Of a stretch of 64,000 nt of DNA, positions 60,726-64,000 are shown piece after piece (positions within the stretch are counted from its first letter, which is position 1; the number at the start of each line of letters is the position of its first letter). Under the pieces are notes generated by a model. The model saw only the letters and a program-made list of their open reading frames with translations, did no database searches and was not told the origin of the DNA. Both the position numbers and the translations under genes were made by a program. Where the stretch lies: positions 18,569 through 82,568 of the forward strand of contig CAKOND010000004.1 of NCBI GenBank assembly GCA_934096945.1, written 5' to 3'. The stretch comes from an uncultured Bacilli bacterium (GTDB lineage: Bacteria; Bacillota_I; Bacilli_A; RF39; UBA660).

Positions 60726-62210
60726 ATGAAAAACGTTTTGGAATATTTAGAAAAAATTAGTAATGATAATAAAGTAATTGATAAAAATGGAAGTATTACT
60801 TATAAAGACTTGCAAGTGGTTAGTAAAAAAATAGGTAGTGGACTTGCTAAGTATGTTAAAAATAATGACCCTGTTCCAGTTTATATGGAAAAAGGAATTT
60901 CTTGTCTTGAAGTTTTTATGGGAAGTTTGTATGCTGGTGGTTTTTATAGTTTACTTAATGCTGGGCTTCCTAAAATGAGGCTTGAACAAATAATTAGTGT
61001 TTTAGATGTAGATTATGTAGTAACTGATAAAGAACATTTGGAAAATGCTAAAGAATTTTTTCCTGATAAGAAATTAATACTTTATGAAGACTTGGTTAAC
61101 AGTAAAATAGATGAAGAATTGCTTGCTGGTATTAGGGCTAAAAAACTTGATGTTGATCCTGTTTATGCAAATTTTACAAGTGGTTCAACAGGTGTACCTA
61201 AGGGTGTTGTAGTTGGAAATCGTTCAATTATTGATTTTATAGATAATTTTACAAGTACCTTTGGAATTAATGAAACAGATATTATTGCTAATCAAGCGCC
61301 ATTTGATTTTGATGTTTCTGTTAAAGATATTTATCCAGCACTAAAAACAGGGGCAACACTTGTTATTGTTCCTAAAGAATTATTTTCAAGACCTGCGGAA
61401 CTTATTGATTTTTTGGTAGAACATAAGGTTACAACGATGACTTGGGCAGTATCTGCACTTTGTTTAATTTCAACATTTCATGGTTTAGATTATAAAGTGC
61501 CTGAAACAGTTAAAAGAATTATGTTTAGTGGTGAAGTTATGCCAATGAAACATTTGAAAGAATGGATGAAACATTTGCCAAATGCAACATTTGTTAATTT
61601 GTATGGACCAACAGAAATTACATGTAATTGTACTTATCACATTATTGATAGAAATCGTGAATATGAAAAAATACCTGTCGGTATACCATTTAATAATGAA
61701 GATGTTTTCTTATTAGATGAAAATAATAAATTAGTTGAAAGTAACGGAATAAAAGGGGAAATATGTGTTAGAGGTAGTGCACTTGCACTTGGTTACTATA
61801 AAAATAAAGAACAAACTGATAAAGCTTTTGTTAGAAATCCATTAAATGATAAGTATATTGAATATATTTATAGAACTGGAGATCTAGGTTATTATGAAAA
61901 TAATGACTTGTATTTTGGGGGAAGAAAAGACTTTCAAATAAAATATATGGGACATAGAATTGAACTTGAAGAAATAGATAAAGCTATTGGTGGTTTTGAT
62001 GGTGTAGAAAGAGTTTGTTCTATATTTAAAGAAGAAAAAAGTAGACTTTATGCCTTTTATATTGGTGACATTGAAGTAAAAGAATTACATGAAAAGTTAT
62101 CTAAAGAATTACCTATATTTATGATACCTAGTAAATTTGTTAAATTAGAACAAATGCCTTTAACTAAGAATGGTAAGATTGATAGAAAGAAATTGGAGGA
62201 ATTAATATGA
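60726..62210 (+). CDS. DltA-like amino acid--carrier protein ligase (adenylation enzyme)
   Basis: AMP-binding core TSGSTGVPKG, YGPTE, and GDL…KIRG-like C-terminus (GRKDFQIKYMGHRIELEEI). 494 aa, about the size of DltA. Confidence 0.8.
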   Translation: MKNVLEYLEKISNDNKVIDKNGSITYKDLQVVSKKIGSGLAKYVKNNDPVPVYMEKGISCLEVFMGSLYAGGFYSLLNAGLPKMRLEQIISVLDVDYVVTDKEHLENAKEFFPDKKLILYEDLVNSKIDEELLAGIRAKKLDVDPVYANFTSGSTGVPKGVVVGNRSIIDFIDNFTSTFGINETDIIANQAPFDFDVSVKDIYPALKTGATLVIVPKELFSRPAELIDFLVEHKVTTMTWAVSALCLISTFHGLDYKVPETVKRIMFSGEVMPMKHLKEWMKHLPNATFVNLYGPTEITCNCTYHIIDRNREYEKIPVGIPFNNEDVFLLDENNKLVESNGIKGEICVRGSALALGYYKNKEQTDKAFVRNPLNDKYIEYIYRTGDLGYYENNDLYFGGRKDFQIKYMGHRIELEEIDKAIGGFDGVERVCSIFKEEKSRLYAFYIGDIEVKELHEKLSKELPIFMIPSKFVKLEQMPLTKNGKIDRKKLEELI

Positions 62211-63385
62211 TAGATAGTAAAACTATTGAAAGTATTGGAACACCATTTTATGTATTTGATATTGATGTTTTAAAAAATAGAATAAATTATCTTAAAAGTA
62301 TGATGCCAGAAAATGTTCATTTATGTTTTGCAATGAAAGCTAATCCATTTGTGGTTAAAGAAATAGAGGATGCTATAGAAAAGTATGAAATATGTTCTTA
62401 TGGTGAATGGAATATTGCAAATGAGCTCGATGTAGCACATGAAAAAATGGTTATTTCAGGTGTTTATAAAGATGAAGACAGTATGATAGACATAATTAAT
62501 CATTATAAACATGGTGAAGTTATTACAATTGAATCATTAAATCAAATAAAATTAGTTGATAAAATAACTAAAGATAAAAGAGCTCTAGTAGATGTAATTT
62601 TAAGACTTACAAGTGGTAATCAGTTCGGTATGAGTGAAGAAGAAATTATATCTATTTTGGAAAATAGATCAAAATATAATTATTTAAATATAATGGGTAT
62701 TCAATATTTTTCGGGAACTCAAAAAAAATTATCAAGAAGAATTATAAAAGAACTTGAATATGTTGATGACTTTGTTCAAAAATTAAAAAATGAATTAGGT
62801 TTTGTAACTGAAGAATTAGAGTTTGGACCTGGTTTTCCAGTTATGTATTTTGAAGCAGAAACAGATTTTGATGAAAATACATACTTAATGGAAATTGCTG
62901 ATAAGATAAAAAATTTGAAATATCAAGGTCATATTACAATGGAACTTGGAAGAAGTATTGCAGCATCATGTGGAAGTTATTATACTAAAGTTGTTGATAA
63001 AAAAACAAATAAAGAAGGTAATTTTGCTGTTTTAGATGGTGGAATGAACCATATTGTGTATTATGGTCAAATGATGGCAATGAAAAAGCCAATGTTAGAT
63101 GTAATTCCTAGAAGAAGTGGAAATGAAGAAAATTGGAACTTAGTTGGAGCATTATGTACAATTAATGATTTAATTGTTAAAGGATTACCTGTTAATGGTT
63201 TAGAGCTTGGCGATGTTTTTGTTTTTAAAAATACTGGTGCTTATGCTATGACTGAAGGAATTAGTTTATTCTTAAGTCGTGATTTACCTAAAGTTTTATT
63301 TGTAAAAGATGGTAAAATAGAAGTGGTTAGAAGTAATATTCAAACTTATAAATTAAATATGCCATTTAAAGGAGGTGAAAATTAA
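62207..63385 (+). CDS. Fold-type III PLP-dependent enzyme of the Orn/DAP/Arg decarboxylase family (divergent)
   Basis: PLP-Lys context FAMKANPF (DapDC YAVKANSN). Gly-rich loop EFGPGF. The ELGRS motif (EPGR). The C-terminal KNTGAYAM block. The CESGD-equivalent is CTINDL and the HxGS motif is replaced by LTSGNQ. Confidence 0.7.
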   Translation: MIDSKTIESIGTPFYVFDIDVLKNRINYLKSMMPENVHLCFAMKANPFVVKEIEDAIEKYEICSYGEWNIANELDVAHEKMVISGVYKDEDSMIDIINHYKHGEVITIESLNQIKLVDKITKDKRALVDVILRLTSGNQFGMSEEEIISILENRSKYNYLNIMGIQYFSGTQKKLSRRIIKELEYVDDFVQKLKNELGFVTEELEFGPGFPVMYFEAETDFDENTYLMEIADKIKNLKYQGHITMELGRSIAASCGSYYTKVVDKKTNKEGNFAVLDGGMNHIVYYGQMMAMKKPMLDVIPRRSGNEENWNLVGALCTINDLIVKGLPVNGLELGDVFVFKNTGAYAMTEGISLFLSRDLPKVLFVKDGKIEVVRSNIQTYKLNMPFKGGEN

Positions 63386-63615
63386 TGGAAAAATTAATAG
63401 AAATATTAGAAGATTTAAATCCAGAAGTTGATTATAATACATGTACTAATTTAATAGATGGACATTATTTAGATTCACTTGCAATTTTATCACTTGTTGC
63501 TGAAATTGAAGAAGAATTTGATGTTGTAATTCCAACAGTTGAAATAATTCCTAGTAATTTTAACTCTGCTCAAAGTTTATGGGCTTTAATAGAAAAATTA
63601 AAGGAAGAAGATTAG
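63385..63615 (+). CDS. D-alanyl-carrier-protein-like small acyl carrier protein
   Basis: 76 aa. Phosphopantetheine-attachment context GHYLDSLAILSL. Size and position as for DltC. Confidence 0.75.
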   Translation: MEKLIEILEDLNPEVDYNTCTNLIDGHYLDSLAILSLVAEIEEEFDVVIPTVEIIPSNFNSAQSLWALIEKLKEED

Positions 63616-63616
63616 T

Positions 63617-64000
63617 ATGCAATATTGTAGTTTAGTTTATTTGGCTGCTTTTTTGCCAATTACACTATTAATATATGCTTTAACTAATAAGAAGAAAAGA
63701 TGGCTTGTTTTACTTATAGCAAGCTATATTTTCTTTTTATCTTTAAGTGGTAAATTAATTGTGTATTTACTATTTTCTACACTTTCAATTCATCATTTTG
63801 GGTTATGGCTTGATAGATTAAATAAAGATAGAGATAAAGAAGTAGAGTTAAATAAGGAAAATAAAAAAGAAATAAAAGAATTATATAAGAAAAGAATGGG
63901 GAGAGTAGTGTTTCTTGCAGTACTTATTCATATTGGTTTGTTAGTATGTTTAAAATATACAGGCTTTTTTGGCGAAAATATTAATAATTTATTAGAAATT
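63617..64000 (+). CDS. MBOAT-family membrane O-acyltransferase (DltB-like), 3' end beyond the window
   Basis: Open frame from ATG 63617 (MQYCSLVYLAAFLPITLLIYALTNKKKRWLVLLIASYIFF…) to the window end, with no stop. The DltB/AlgI-type N-terminus is hydrophobic with conserved spacing. Confidence 0.6.
   Translation, partial: MQYCSLVYLAAFLPITLLIYALTNKKKRWLVLLIASYIFFLSLSGKLIVYLLFSTLSIHHFGLWLDRLNKDRDKEVELNKENKKEIKELYKKRMGRVVFLAVLIHIGLLVCLKYTGFFGENINNLLEI

Overview
This window is the origin-proximal chromosome of a low-GC (about 27-28% GC) Firmicute with an endospore-former gene repertoire and Bacillus/Clostridium-like synteny. The gene order is dnaA(partial)-dnaN-comK-like-recF-gyrB-gyrA, then a 1.4-kb AT-rich non-coding region, then ffs(SRP RNA)-tadA-dnaX-ybaB-recR-bofA-like-holB-ricT-trmN6-pth-mfd-spoVT. 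Next come a T-box leader-dut-metG-tatD, a secreted protein, a 3D-domain protein, rsmA-yabG-veg-spoVG, yabP-yabQ-divIC and clpP(-). After that: a TGS/uridine-kinase fusion, gap, spoVB-like(-), ftsEX-M23 peptidase, an MBL hydrolase, gerQ(-), yitT-yvcK-whiA-nrdG, two degenerate EcfA-like ORFs, truA-rplM-rpsI, three RNA-modification genes, cwlD, an Abi_2 defence gene, htrA, an RDD protein and a decayed ybaK. The window ends with a Cys-rich protein(-), a MarR regulator, a heterodimeric ABC exporter, and a two-component system followed by an atypical dlt-like cluster (DltA-like ligase, fold-type-III PLP decarboxylase-like enzyme, carrier protein, MBOAT). No rRNA, tRNA or CRISPR was seen. The most striking feature is the non-coding region after gyrA, where Bacillus has rrnO. 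It holds eight tandem Spo0J/ParB parS sites (TGTTTCACGTGAAACA) within 753 bp, each with a DnaA-box-like flank, plus a second pair of 33-bp palindromic repeats. That looks like a compact chromosomal centromere array. Several automatic ORF starts needed correction (gyrB, tadA, recR, rsmA, dut, ftsE, rluA and others), and about 17 antisense or overlapping ORFs are spurious.
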